Virus record (IMG/VR): IMGVR_UViG_3300045135_000745
Location: 1-64,000 of that record
Length of the DNA: 64,000 nucleotides
Strand: one strand, 5' to 3'
DNA from: a virus
The position numbers were made by a program, and so were the translations under genes. This document shows, piece by piece, positions 46,196-55,237 of the stretch (position 1 is its first letter; each line of letters opens with the position of its first letter). The notes beneath the pieces are model-generated. The model did not search any database. It was not told where the DNA came from and saw only the letters and a program-made list of their open reading frames with translations.

Positions 46196-49100
46196 TATAC
46201 TGCCAATGCGATTGTTCTAATATCCTTAAACACTGGCACCTTCGCTTGATTTTCTGAAACCATAACAATTTTTATTTGTAATTGATTGAAAGCATCCAGT
46301 GTACCAGTATTACCTCCAATCAGATATTCATATTCTCTGAATACTTCCGGATTTTCATCACTGATTAGTCCTGACGTAGAAGTAATTGCTGTCCATGAAA
46401 GGTCGGAGATATTATCATCACCGGAAGCTACTCTATAATACACGTCGAATGAAGCTGCATTAGGCTTATTAGCAGTAATGAATAACTTCATACCAACAGC
46501 ATCTTGCGCTAGAGTAATAACTTTACTTATATGCTTAGCAACTGATGAACCACCCTTCGGATCTGTTTCTGCTACGTAGTTAATTGGTACGTTAAATCCT
46601 GCAGCAGGTGAAGCTGCCGGCTTATCAATAATATTATTAATAGCAAGAACCGAAGCTCTTTGCATATCAATAACTGGTGAAACTTTTTTATCTGTTGTCT
46701 GAAGACCTATTTTCAGATTAAAGCTTTTTGCGCCGCTGAGATATGTAGTTTCATTATTACCATTTGCGATCATCTGAGGAGCATCGAATGCAATATTTTT
46801 ACCAATAGTCATAGGCGTATAAGTTGAAGCTTGCTGATAAGCAGTTTCTGTACCAGCAATCGATTGTGCCGTAGTGGTTTTAATCGATGCAGTAATAGAT
46901 GTTTCAGTAGGTCTTAAAGTTGCAAGACTGATATTAGCAATATCCATCAAAATGTTTTGGTCTGCTAAGATAGCTGATCCGCCACCAATTTCTGCAGAAG
47001 TAGCATCAGAATCTGCTTCAAATTGATAACCAGTTGCATCTACTACTGTAATAGTTCTAGCGCCATTAATGGAAGAAGCACTAATGCCAGCCATGTCTGT
47101 TGCGCCTGAGATATTAACCGTATCGCCAACTGCAAATCCATGATTAGGTTGATACACCGAGATTGTTGCATCAGCAGAATCAACTGATAATGGATCTTCA
47201 GTTAATAGTTTCTGTGGAACAGAAGCGTTGTTAAGAACAACCTCACCGTAACTGGTATTGAATGCTGCAGTGTAGATATGTATTTTCATATCTTCCCACT
47301 GAGTAGCTGTCCAAGTTGAGTTATTCTGAGATTTAAACAAGGAGCCTAAGAATGGCTGCTTAACAACTTTCTTATCTGTTGTACCTAATACATAATCACC
47401 AACTTTAGAAATAAAGACTCTATACGTCGGAACAGAAGAAATAAGAACGAAGCAGTATTCCTTATTAGGATTCAAATAAACCGGTTCTTCGAATTCGAAT
47501 GTAGTTGCTACGCTCGCATCATCCGATACTGTAATTTCAGATGGGAATTTAAATACTGTTGAACCTCCGATAACCTCAGAAGTCGGATACCCGTTTTCAA
47601 TAGCACGAATTTGACCCCAAACTGGAGCAGTGCCAGTATCTTTTTCTGCAAAATACACATCAACTTTTGTAGCAAATACGCCATTAGTATTAGAAATAAA
47701 GAATGATTGTGCTAATGGATCCGATCTATTGTGGGCCAGTAATCCATTCGCAAAATATGTATTGTTACCATCTAAGATAAAGTTATAGACTGTCTGTTCT
47801 GGCTCATCAGAGAATACCTCTAATGATTCAACCAGCATCCAAGAACCGTCTTCCATAAGGATTTCATCACCAACCTGAAGATCTTTAACATCTAAGAAAC
47901 CCATTTCAGGGAACTGATACGCAAAAGTTTCAGCAGAGTATGATCTCCAGCCATTCTTGGTAAAGAGCGGGTGTTCGGGGGTCATGAATGGACCATTACC
48001 ATTAATACCAATGAAATCTCTTCCATCTAATGCTGGATGGTCAAATTCAAGAACAGTATTGATAGCGCCATCTTGACCCAGAAGTTTTTCACCGATCTCA
48101 ACATCTTCAATCTTTTTCTTAGTGCCATCAGCCATAGTGATAAGAGTCCCGGCAATAAAGCAAGAACGTTCAATAGGAGGCGCTGGCGGTCTTGGTGGTG
48201 GCGGGGGCGGAGTAACCACTGGCGGCGGTGGCGGATTAGTTGTAGTTCCAATAACCCTACTAGACGAACTACTAGTAGTTCTTTGGCTACTAACAACCTC
48301 CAATACTCTAGTGCTTAAAACATCTCTTTGTCTTGTCTGTAGCGTACCAGCAGCAGTAAAAACTTGTCTTCCATAGGAGGTAGAAAATTCGATATTATTA
48401 AGATCAGTTATGTCAATTAGTTCAAAGTCTCTGCTACCAGTTCTAAATCTAAAGTTAGCTGTCGACGGAATAAAGAATGAACCTTCTATATTGCCATTAG
48501 CATCAGCAATTAAAGATGAAGAACCTTCTGGATGGCCAAGTGCAGTATTTTCAGTATTACCGAATGTAGTCGTATCATCAGAAGCACGAGTAAAGGTTTC
48601 TGCCCTACACCAATCTGATACATCAATACCGTCAAAGAATGGGAATACTTCAGTATCAGGTCTAAACCCTTGGCCTCTGAAATATACTTTTCTCGATCTC
48701 ATGAATGGGATAGAAACTCCTTGGACTAATCTATCACCGACGATCTCTGTGATAGTAGTTTCACCTACAATTCTATTATTACCGGTGGTGGTAGAAGACC
48801 ATGAGTTTCGAATAGTTTCTGTACCACCAGTACCGAAATCTCCAGCAGTATTATTAACAGAAGTGCTAGAACCACCGCTAGAACTTAATGTGATGGTGTT
48901 TGTAACCGACCCAACTTGCAATTGATCTAGCGGAGTACCTCCCCAATTCCACTGATGGGCATTCCAAAGGTTTGCCCCGGAAGTATCTAATTGAGTTTGA
49001 TTTACAATCGCATCTGGTTGATACTCTTGTTCAATCCAGTTATCGCTCGCTGGTGAAAGTGCAATATTACCGTCGAATCTAATAGTCCAATATGGAAGAA

Positions 49101-51840
49101 CATTTTCTGTGCCACTGGCCTGCGATTGATTGATATATGACTCGTGGGCATATTTAAGGTAAATATTATCACCCTTTTTAATCACGCCAGAGTTCTCGCT
49201 ATTATCAGAATCATAAAGAAGATCTATAGCATCTGTATTACCACGCGGACGCATAGCTTTATTTTCTGGATCGATTGCAGCAGCGTAATCTAGATCATCT
49301 GTTGCAGAAAAGAAGTGATTAGAAAAGTTATCTACGAAAAATCCAGATTTGGTTCGATTATTACCATCAGAATCCAATACCGCTAAATTAGCCGTATCAA
49401 GCTCGAGCAAACTTAATGAGGTGACTTCTTCTAAAGAATTAAGTCTTTTTTCTAACAAACCGATATCAGCCATAGTATAATGCTTATGTTCGATTTGTTT
49501 CGAAACTAGATCTTTATTATCTAGTACATAAGGATTAAACTGAATTCTATATAATTCAAGCGAGTTATCTGGATGCGGAACGAATTCAGGCGTTAAAGAT
49601 TCATCGCCATTTATAACAAAAAGATTTGCTTTAGTATCAATTACTAGCTTAGAATACACCTTATTATAATAAGAAATATCAGCCTGAATAGCATCATTTG
49701 GCTGAGGAAGCTCGTGAACGATAGCTCCTGATCCGAAAGTACCAGAAGAATTTACTACCGGTCTAAAGTCAAGTACGTTTCTAAGAGGGATTGTAGATCC
49801 TACGGCATTAATATGGGATGGGATATCAGTATAATCTACTTGACCGGTATATGAGTTAACTGAGAAGAAATCACCAGAAACCCCATGTGAGAAATAATCG
49901 TATTTAACAACAACATCGTAGGTTGGAACAGATTGGCCTGACTTAAGAACAAGACGACCTAAACCATAATAGTTATCTCTCTGTCCATTATCGAGAATAA
50001 ATCTAGATCTCACACTATTACCGCTGACGCTATCTCTTGTTACCGATGTAAATGAATATACGTCTGGCTTAGATAAATTAGCGAAGATTGTGCCATTACC
50101 ATCAGAATCCCAATCACCTGTACCGATAGTGTCTGTCTGGTCTTCATTTAAGGTTTTAGAACGGATTGAACCATTAGCTTTATTGACGTATGCCATAACT
50201 TCAATACTAGAAGCACCGCCAAGTCCTGAAATAGTAGCGTTTGTAGTACCAACGCCAGTAATAGTAGCACCAGTTACTACCGCACCACTATCGGCAGAAA
50301 TAACCCAGTCGTTTGTATTTGCAAACGTTTCGCCGGATGCTGAAAGGGTTAATGTTGCACTACCTGCAGTAACTGACGCCGTGAATCGTCTTTGCGTTGA
50401 AAGAGAGATATCAGTCATATTAGACGGACGAATTCTAGGAAGTGCGAATAATAACGAATTAGTTTTAGGATCCTTTAGAACCGCTTGACCTAATTCTAAA
50501 ACCAAGTTCATAAAGTCTGTACCGCTTGTGCCGATACTTCTTACGCTTCTAAAGTTCTGCCCAGAGTTCATAGAAATTTGAAACAGGTGAAGTCTATGGT
50601 AACCTGAGTTATCTTCATCAACTGCTCTAACACGAGCCGTACCAATAGTACTTCCCCCATAATCTACAGCATTACGAAGATTGACGGTTGAGAAGTCATT
50701 AATATTCGGAAGGCCTTCACTGGTTGAACCATCTACAAGAACATAGTTACCTAAAGTAAATGCAGCTACTTCGTTATTAACTGTTGTGGTGGTTCTAGGT
50801 TTATCAACAGTAATAGTTCTAGAACTATGGGTTTCTACTCTATAACCATCAATATAAGCTAAACCTGGTTGTACGGAAATATCAATTTTGCTAGTATCAT
50901 CGGTATTGTCAGAGAAGTTTAATTTAAAGGGTTTTACAATATAATCACCAGACTCTTCAGAAGTTCTGGTTGCCAGCATTTCTGCGATTATATTATAGTT
51001 TTCTTCTTGGGCCGGTTTTTTAACCTCTAAAATATCATCACCATTAAGTACCCCAACGAAAACAAAATTATCCGCTGAGTCTATCGTGGAATCTAAAGTC
51101 AATGTTAAATTGATTTTAAATCTATCAGCGCCGGGAGAAGAGGTGTTAGGTAATGGACCTGAGTTATCGTATAATGTGTTATCGTCGTTTGCGGTAACAA
51201 TAGATTCGGTTACTTTAAATCCAAAATTATCTGTATTAGTATCTGAGTTTTCGTATTTCTTAGCAAGGATAGTTTGTTTTGGGGAAAATACGAATCTACC
51301 ATCTACGTAGTATACCCCTTCATTATTGGTAAGGAATACGCCTTCCCCTAAAGCTGGGTTTGCTGTAGTATTGGTAGTCTGTACTGTTAAAGTAACAGCA
51401 CCATTTGTAATATTTTCACCTGGAGTAAATCTTAAATTAGATCCATTTGCGTTAATATATCTTACGTAAATTGTTCCAGGGTCAGATGCTGTGGCTTCCT
51501 CAACGTGAGTAACAACAGCGGTCACGCCACTTGTAGAACCGGTAAACGTGGTATTTAAAATAGTAGATGTATCAGCCGGGAGAGCATTAATTGTCTGATT
51601 TAATTTTGCAAATTGGGAACCTGATGCAATAAATCCACCAGACTGAACAATAGCACCTTCTTTAAAGATGTTATCCCCGAACCGAGTAATCTCTTTTTGA
51701 ATAATAGTTTGTAGCTGTGTAAGCTCTCGTGCTTGAACCGCTCTACCATTATTAAATAAGATTCTATGAAACCCAGCACTGTCAGAGAAATCATCTCTGT
51801 ATGTTTCTAGGAAAGTATTCTGAATTACTTGATCTACCAT
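46195..51840 (-). CDS. large virion structural protein, VrlC/DUF4815-like, carrying an internal Hint domain
   Basis: Y.DDF...FHRILF...AVQARELTQLQT, YTMADIG.LEKR, KSGFFVDNF, DPLAQSF. Confidence 0.88.
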   Translation of the reverse strand: MVDQVIQNTFLETYRDDFSDSAGFHRILFNNGRAVQARELTQLQTIIQKEITRFGDNIFKEGAIVQSGGFIASGSQFAKLNQTINALPADTSTILNTTFTGSTSGVTAVVTHVEEATASDPGTIYVRYINANGSNLRFTPGENITNGAVTLTVQTTNTTANPALGEGVFLTNNEGVYYVDGRFVFSPKQTILAKKYENSDTNTDNFGFKVTESIVTANDDNTLYDNSGPLPNTSSPGADRFKINLTLTLDSTIDSADNFVFVGVLNGDDILEVKKPAQEENYNIIAEMLATRTSEESGDYIVKPFKLNFSDNTDDTSKIDISVQPGLAYIDGYRVETHSSRTITVDKPRTTTTVNNEVAAFTLGNYVLVDGSTSEGLPNINDFSTVNLRNAVDYGGSTIGTARVRAVDEDNSGYHRLHLFQISMNSGQNFRSVRSIGTSGTDFMNLVLELGQAVLKDPKTNSLLFALPRIRPSNMTDISLSTQRRFTASVTAGSATLTLSASGETFANTNDWVISADSGAVVTGATITGVGTTNATISGLGGASSIEVMAYVNKANGSIRSKTLNEDQTDTIGTGDWDSDGNGTIFANLSKPDVYSFTSVTRDSVSGNSVRSRFILDNGQRDNYYGLGRLVLKSGQSVPTYDVVVKYDYFSHGVSGDFFSVNSYTGQVDYTDIPSHINAVGSTIPLRNVLDFRPVVNSSGTFGSGAIVHELPQPNDAIQADISYYNKVYSKLVIDTKANLFVINGDESLTPEFVPHPDNSLELYRIQFNPYVLDNKDLVSKQIEHKHYTMADIGLLEKRLNSLEEVTSLSLLELDTANLAVLDSDGNNRTKSGFFVDNFSNHFFSATDDLDYAAAIDPENKAMRPRGNTDAIDLLYDSDNSENSGVIKKGDNIYLKYAHESYINQSQASGTENVLPYWTIRFDGNIALSPASDNWIEQEYQPDAIVNQTQLDTSGANLWNAHQWNWGGTPLDQLQVGSVTNTITLSSSGGSSTSVNNTAGDFGTGGTETIRNSWSSTTTGNNRIVGETTITEIVGDRLVQGVSIPFMRSRKVYFRGQGFRPDTEVFPFFDGIDVSDWCRAETFTRASDDTTTFGNTENTALGHPEGSSSLIADANGNIEGSFFIPSTANFRFRTGSRDFELIDITDLNNIEFSTSYGRQVFTAAGTLQTRQRDVLSTRVLEVVSSQRTTSSSSSRVIGTTTNPPPPPVVTPPPPPPRPPAPPIERSCFIAGTLITMADGTKKKIEDVEIGEKLLGQDGAINTVLEFDHPALDGRDFIGINGNGPFMTPEHPLFTKNGWRSYSAETFAYQFPEMGFLDVKDLQVGDEILMEDGSWMLVESLEVFSDEPEQTVYNFILDGNNTYFANGLLAHNRSDPLAQSFFISNTNGVFATKVDVYFAEKDTGTAPVWGQIRAIENGYPTSEVIGGSTVFKFPSEITVSDDASVATTFEFEEPVYLNPNKEYCFVLISSVPTYRVFISKVGDYVLGTTDKKVVKQPFLGSLFKSQNNSTWTATQWEDMKIHIYTAAFNTSYGEVVLNNASVPQKLLTEDPLSVDSADATISVYQPNHGFAVGDTVNISGATDMAGISASSINGARTITVVDATGYQFEADSDATSAEIGGGSAILADQNILMDIANISLATLRPTETSITASIKTTTAQSIAGTETAYQQASTYTPMTIGKNIAFDAPQMIANGNNETTYLSGAKSFNLKIGLQTTDKKVSPVIDMQRASVLAINNIIDKPAASPAAGFNVPINYVAETDPKGGSSVAKHISKVITLAQDAVGMKLFITANKPNAASFDVYYRVASGDDNISDLSWTAITSTSGLISDENPEVFREYEYLIGGNTGTLDAFNQLQIKIVMVSENQAKVPVFKDIRTIALAV
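47728..48162 (-). other. Hint (intein-like/BIL-type) autoprocessing domain, 145 aa (C1227-N1371)
   Basis: CFIAGTLITMADG..KKIED, TPEHP (block B), VYNF..DGNNTYFANGLLAHN; +1 residue is Arg. Confidence 0.88.
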
Positions 51841-51856
51841 TCGTTAATCCGTTTTC

Positions 51857-53200
51857 TTATAATTGTATGATAACTTTCAGATCTTCAGTTTGTGCTGATG
51901 ATCTTTCAATTGCGGCTCTGTTATCGATGTAAAATATTTCACCTTTGAACTTATTTATATCACCAGAATTGGCTGTAGTTCCGATAACACCCGAACCAGA
52001 GCCATTAGTTTCTGAAACTGCTTCACCAGCTTGGAACGCTGTGAATCCGGTATCAACTGTTTGGTGATAATAAATGGTATCCGAATCAAATTTATCCACA
52101 TAAGCTAATGCACCGGATGTACCACCTTCAATAATTTTATCAGCGGTAAATCCAGTAGCTACAGAAGAAAGAACCATATAATTTAGAGCTGAACCGGTTT
52201 CGGTTGTAAGCTTGGCATCAGCTGAGTCCAGAGGATTACGAATAATACCAACTTGTCTAAAGTCTTGACCGATAATAAAGTCTTCATTTTCTGCACCGGA
52301 TGGCTTAGAGTTAAACATAATTGCTGTTGACTTAAGATCTAAAATAGGATTAGCGCCAAAGCCGGAAGGAGTAGAAAGATTTACTCTTGCCGCCGCGCCT
52401 GTGCCACCACCGCCAGTGAATACCACATTTGCTTGATTGTAATCATGACCTGGTCGATATAGTAAACTAGCAGCAGAATCTTTCATTTCTACCTTAACAA
52501 CTGCACCGCCGCTAATAGTGGCAATTGCTTGAGCGCTGTCGCCGTCACCGACAATAGAAACAGATGGGGTAGAAGTATAACCTGTACCACCAGAAGTTAC
52601 TGTAATATTTGCGATTGTTCCAAATACTGCTGCATTCTGGATACCGTATTGTTCTTGATCAACAGCAGGATCAGTTGGTCCAGCCGAATCAACTAAACGT
52701 ACCGGCATATAGTTTGCTGAAAGGTAATTATTTGCAAGTGAAGCACCGACTGTATAAAGAAATTTCCAAACATAACCATCGGCAGTTTTAAATGGAGTGG
52801 TAAGAACACCAGATGGCTTAACTGTAGACTGTACGGCTGCACCGGTAGAATTCTTACCTTGTTCCAGACAAATATAAACTTGGTTTTCATCCGTAATAAC
52901 ATAATAGGCATTAGTAGGATAAGCCACTTGATTGTTATTCCATCCACTATAAATTGTACCAGAAGTCCAGTTATATCTTGGTACCACGTATGAAACATCT
53001 TCAGCTCTTTTTACAGATTGTAAATTTAATCTAAAGTTTCTTTCTTCAAGAGCACTATTAACAGGATTTGGCGCGGCATCCGCTGAATCCCATTGTTGAG
53101 ATCTACCGATACCAATATAATAATGTTGAGCAGAATCTGCAACATCATTTAGGATTTCTTGAATAAATCTTCTTTTGAAGCTATCTGTGATAATTGCCAT
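51857..53200 (-). CDS. gp8: baseplate wedge subunit
   Basis: VVPRYNW.SG, YYVIT....VY.CL, DGYVWKFLY, YIDNR..I.RS..Q.ED.K. Confidence 0.88.
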   Translation of the reverse strand: MAIITDSFKRRFIQEILNDVADSAQHYYIGIGRSQQWDSADAAPNPVNSALEERNFRLNLQSVKRAEDVSYVVPRYNWTSGTIYSGWNNNQVAYPTNAYYVITDENQVYICLEQGKNSTGAAVQSTVKPSGVLTTPFKTADGYVWKFLYTVGASLANNYLSANYMPVRLVDSAGPTDPAVDQEQYGIQNAAVFGTIANITVTSGGTGYTSTPSVSIVGDGDSAQAIATISGGAVVKVEMKDSAASLLYRPGHDYNQANVVFTGGGGTGAAARVNLSTPSGFGANPILDLKSTAIMFNSKPSGAENEDFIIGQDFRQVGIIRNPLDSADAKLTTETGSALNYMVLSSVATGFTADKIIEGGTSGALAYVDKFDSDTIYYHQTVDTGFTAFQAGEAVSETNGSGSGVIGTTANSGDINKFKGEIFYIDNRAAIERSSAQTEDLKVIIQL

Positions 53201-53212
53201 ATTTTTATCCTA

Positions 53213-54214
53213 TTATGCTACTGTTACTTCGCCTTGGTTACCAATCAGATACCAGTTAGTGCCGTCCCAAACGACCTGACATCCATCATATTGTGCTAAG
53301 GCAAACGTAGTACCCTGAGCGAAATTTGCGGGAGTAACAGTTGCCGTACCCGCTCCTTTATTTGTAAAAATCTTGTATTCGCCAACTACCGTACCATTAG
53401 CAAGAGAAACTGCTAAAGCTGATCCGCTGTTACAGATTATATATGTTGCTGAAGTTGATGCTGCACCCGATGTAGTAATAGTTGAAGAAGTGTAAGCTGC
53501 TTTTGCAATCTCAACTGAACCAGTACCTTTACCAGCTAATTTCATTGTTACATTAGTATCAGTACCAGATGCAGTAATAGTTGGTTTACCGGATGCCGCC
53601 GCATTTGCTAAACTAATTTCATTAGCGGCGGAAGCTGTTGCAGTAACTTTAATTAATTCAGCACCATTTGTATCATTAATTGATGTTGTAATACGTGGGG
53701 CTGTAATAGCAGGAGTAGTAAGGGTTTTATTCGTTAATGTCGCAGCATGGTCAGCAAATACAATAGTATCACTATCTAAAAGATCTGGGAAGTTAATAAT
53801 TAAATCTGTACCAGAATCAACTACACCTTCATAATGGAAGTGATAATAACCAGTTCCTTCAACGCCGTGTAATCTTAAATCACCATCAATTTTTGTATCA
53901 TGTAAATGCTTTTTATAAAGACTCTGTTCTGCAGTCGTCGTGACGACCTCACCGGATGAATCTGGGAAATTAATGGTATTATCTTTTGTAGGATTAGTAA
54001 CGGTAATCACTGTTTCGAAGTCATCAGCTGATGTGCCTTCAAATACAATATTATTATTTGTAAGGGTAATACCAGTAGAAAGAACATCGCTGTCGCCACC
54101 AAGCTTGCGATAGATCTCTACGAAATTTTCATTGATCTTCTGTCCAGCACTACGTAGTGTATCGCCAGTTCCATCGTTAGCTGTCGTACCAGTACTAATG
54201 TTCTGTCTTGTCAT
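53213..54214 (-). CDS. baseplate/fibre connector protein with gp9/gp10-type N-terminus
   Basis: G..ANDGTGDTLR.AG.KINENF.EIY. Confidence 0.75.
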   Translation of the reverse strand: MTRQNISTGTTANDGTGDTLRSAGQKINENFVEIYRKLGGDSDVLSTGITLTNNNIVFEGTSADDFETVITVTNPTKDNTINFPDSSGEVVTTTAEQSLYKKHLHDTKIDGDLRLHGVEGTGYYHFHYEGVVDSGTDLIINFPDLLDSDTIVFADHAATLTNKTLTTPAITAPRITTSINDTNGAELIKVTATASAANEISLANAAASGKPTITASGTDTNVTMKLAGKGTGSVEIAKAAYTSSTITTSGAASTSATYIICNSGSALAVSLANGTVVGEYKIFTNKGAGTATVTPANFAQGTTFALAQYDGCQVVWDGTNWYLIGNQGEVTVA

Positions 54215-54238
54215 GATTAATTCCTGTTGAGTTTAATC

Positions 54239-54246
54239 TATTTATA
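54239..54246 (-). promoter_or_regulatory. late promoter TATAAATA
   Basis: Exact consensus; nearest intergenic late promoter recognised upstream of VrlC and the modification cluster. Confidence 0.7.
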
Positions 54247-54253
54247 TAAAAAG

Positions 54254-55237
54254 TTAGGGCAAATCTAAATACTGAAAGGTATTATTAGTAGAATCCAAGT
54301 AGTCGAAATTGGACTGATCCATCGTTTCGACTGAGTTAGAGAAGTCGACTGATACGATAATACCATCAGAATCCTGATCGAATCTTGAGGAGTTTTCATC
54401 TTGGAATTCAATGAAGCTATTATACTGATCATCAAACTGTGCCAGTGTGACAGATCCACCAAGATCTGATATAGATTTATATGGATCAATTCTTTCAGAA
54501 TAAAGATCTGAATCGGCATCATCGGCAATAATAAGTGATAGAGGTTCGAATGTCAACGAAGCAATGGATGCGGTATTTTCGAACGAAACCACGCCAGCAT
54601 TTGAATCCAAAATTGAAATCGGCATATCACCGATACCAAGATTAACTGTACCTTCTACAACAATATCGCCAGCAAGATAAAAACCTGACGGATGAACGAA
54701 TCTTTTAAATAGGGTTTCCCATTTAGCTAAAGAAACCCCGGATCGAATCAAAATAGAATGAATCTGATATCTTTTATCATCCTGAATATATTTCAATGAG
54801 TCTGGGCCAAGTCTAGATTCATTAACAATAAACATATTGTTTTTAGGATATACAATATCTACTTCTTCGTCGAAAAATCCTCGGAAGAATAGTTTTGCAG
54901 AATTAGCGCTGCCTTTTTCTCTATAAAAATTGGCAAATAGTTTGGCAATCAATCTTGGGTTAATATTAAAGTCAGTTGAGTTTAATCCGAGGCCGATCTC
55001 ATCAAAGATCTTATCTAACTGGGAAAGTAAAGTAGTATTTAGATCTCTGGCTTGATATAATGAATTTAGTAAGTATGTAAACCCTTGGTCATCTTTTTCC
55101 ATATAGTCATAATATGATTCCAGAAATTCTACAAGATTTGGATACTCCGTAGGAAAGTGTTCGGGTAAAACTTCTCTTACCTTACTCGTATGGAAATTAA
55201 CTGGAACGCGATTTAAATGACTTATATTATGAGACAT
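54254..55237 (-). CDS. gp7: baseplate wedge initiator (short gp7-like)
   Basis: LP..F..EYP..V.FL..YY.Y, FYR.KGS, FVHPSGF. Confidence 0.72.
   Translation of the reverse strand: MSHNISHLNRVPVNFHTSKVREVLPEHFPTEYPNLVEFLESYYDYMEKDDQGFTYLLNSLYQARDLNTTLLSQLDKIFDEIGLGLNSTDFNINPRLIAKLFANFYREKGSANSAKLFFRGFFDEEVDIVYPKNNMFIVNESRLGPDSLKYIQDDKRYQIHSILIRSGVSLAKWETLFKRFVHPSGFYLAGDIVVEGTVNLGIGDMPISILDSNAGVVSFENTASIASLTFEPLSLIIADDADSDLYSERIDPYKSISDLGGSVTLAQFDDQYNSFIEFQDENSSRFDQDSDGIIVSVDFSNSVETMDQSNFDYLDSTNNTFQYLDLP

Noticed and set aside
47728-48162. Canonical mobile intein
   Set aside because: No homing endonuclease and the +1 residue is Arg; kept as a Hint/BIL-like domain instead
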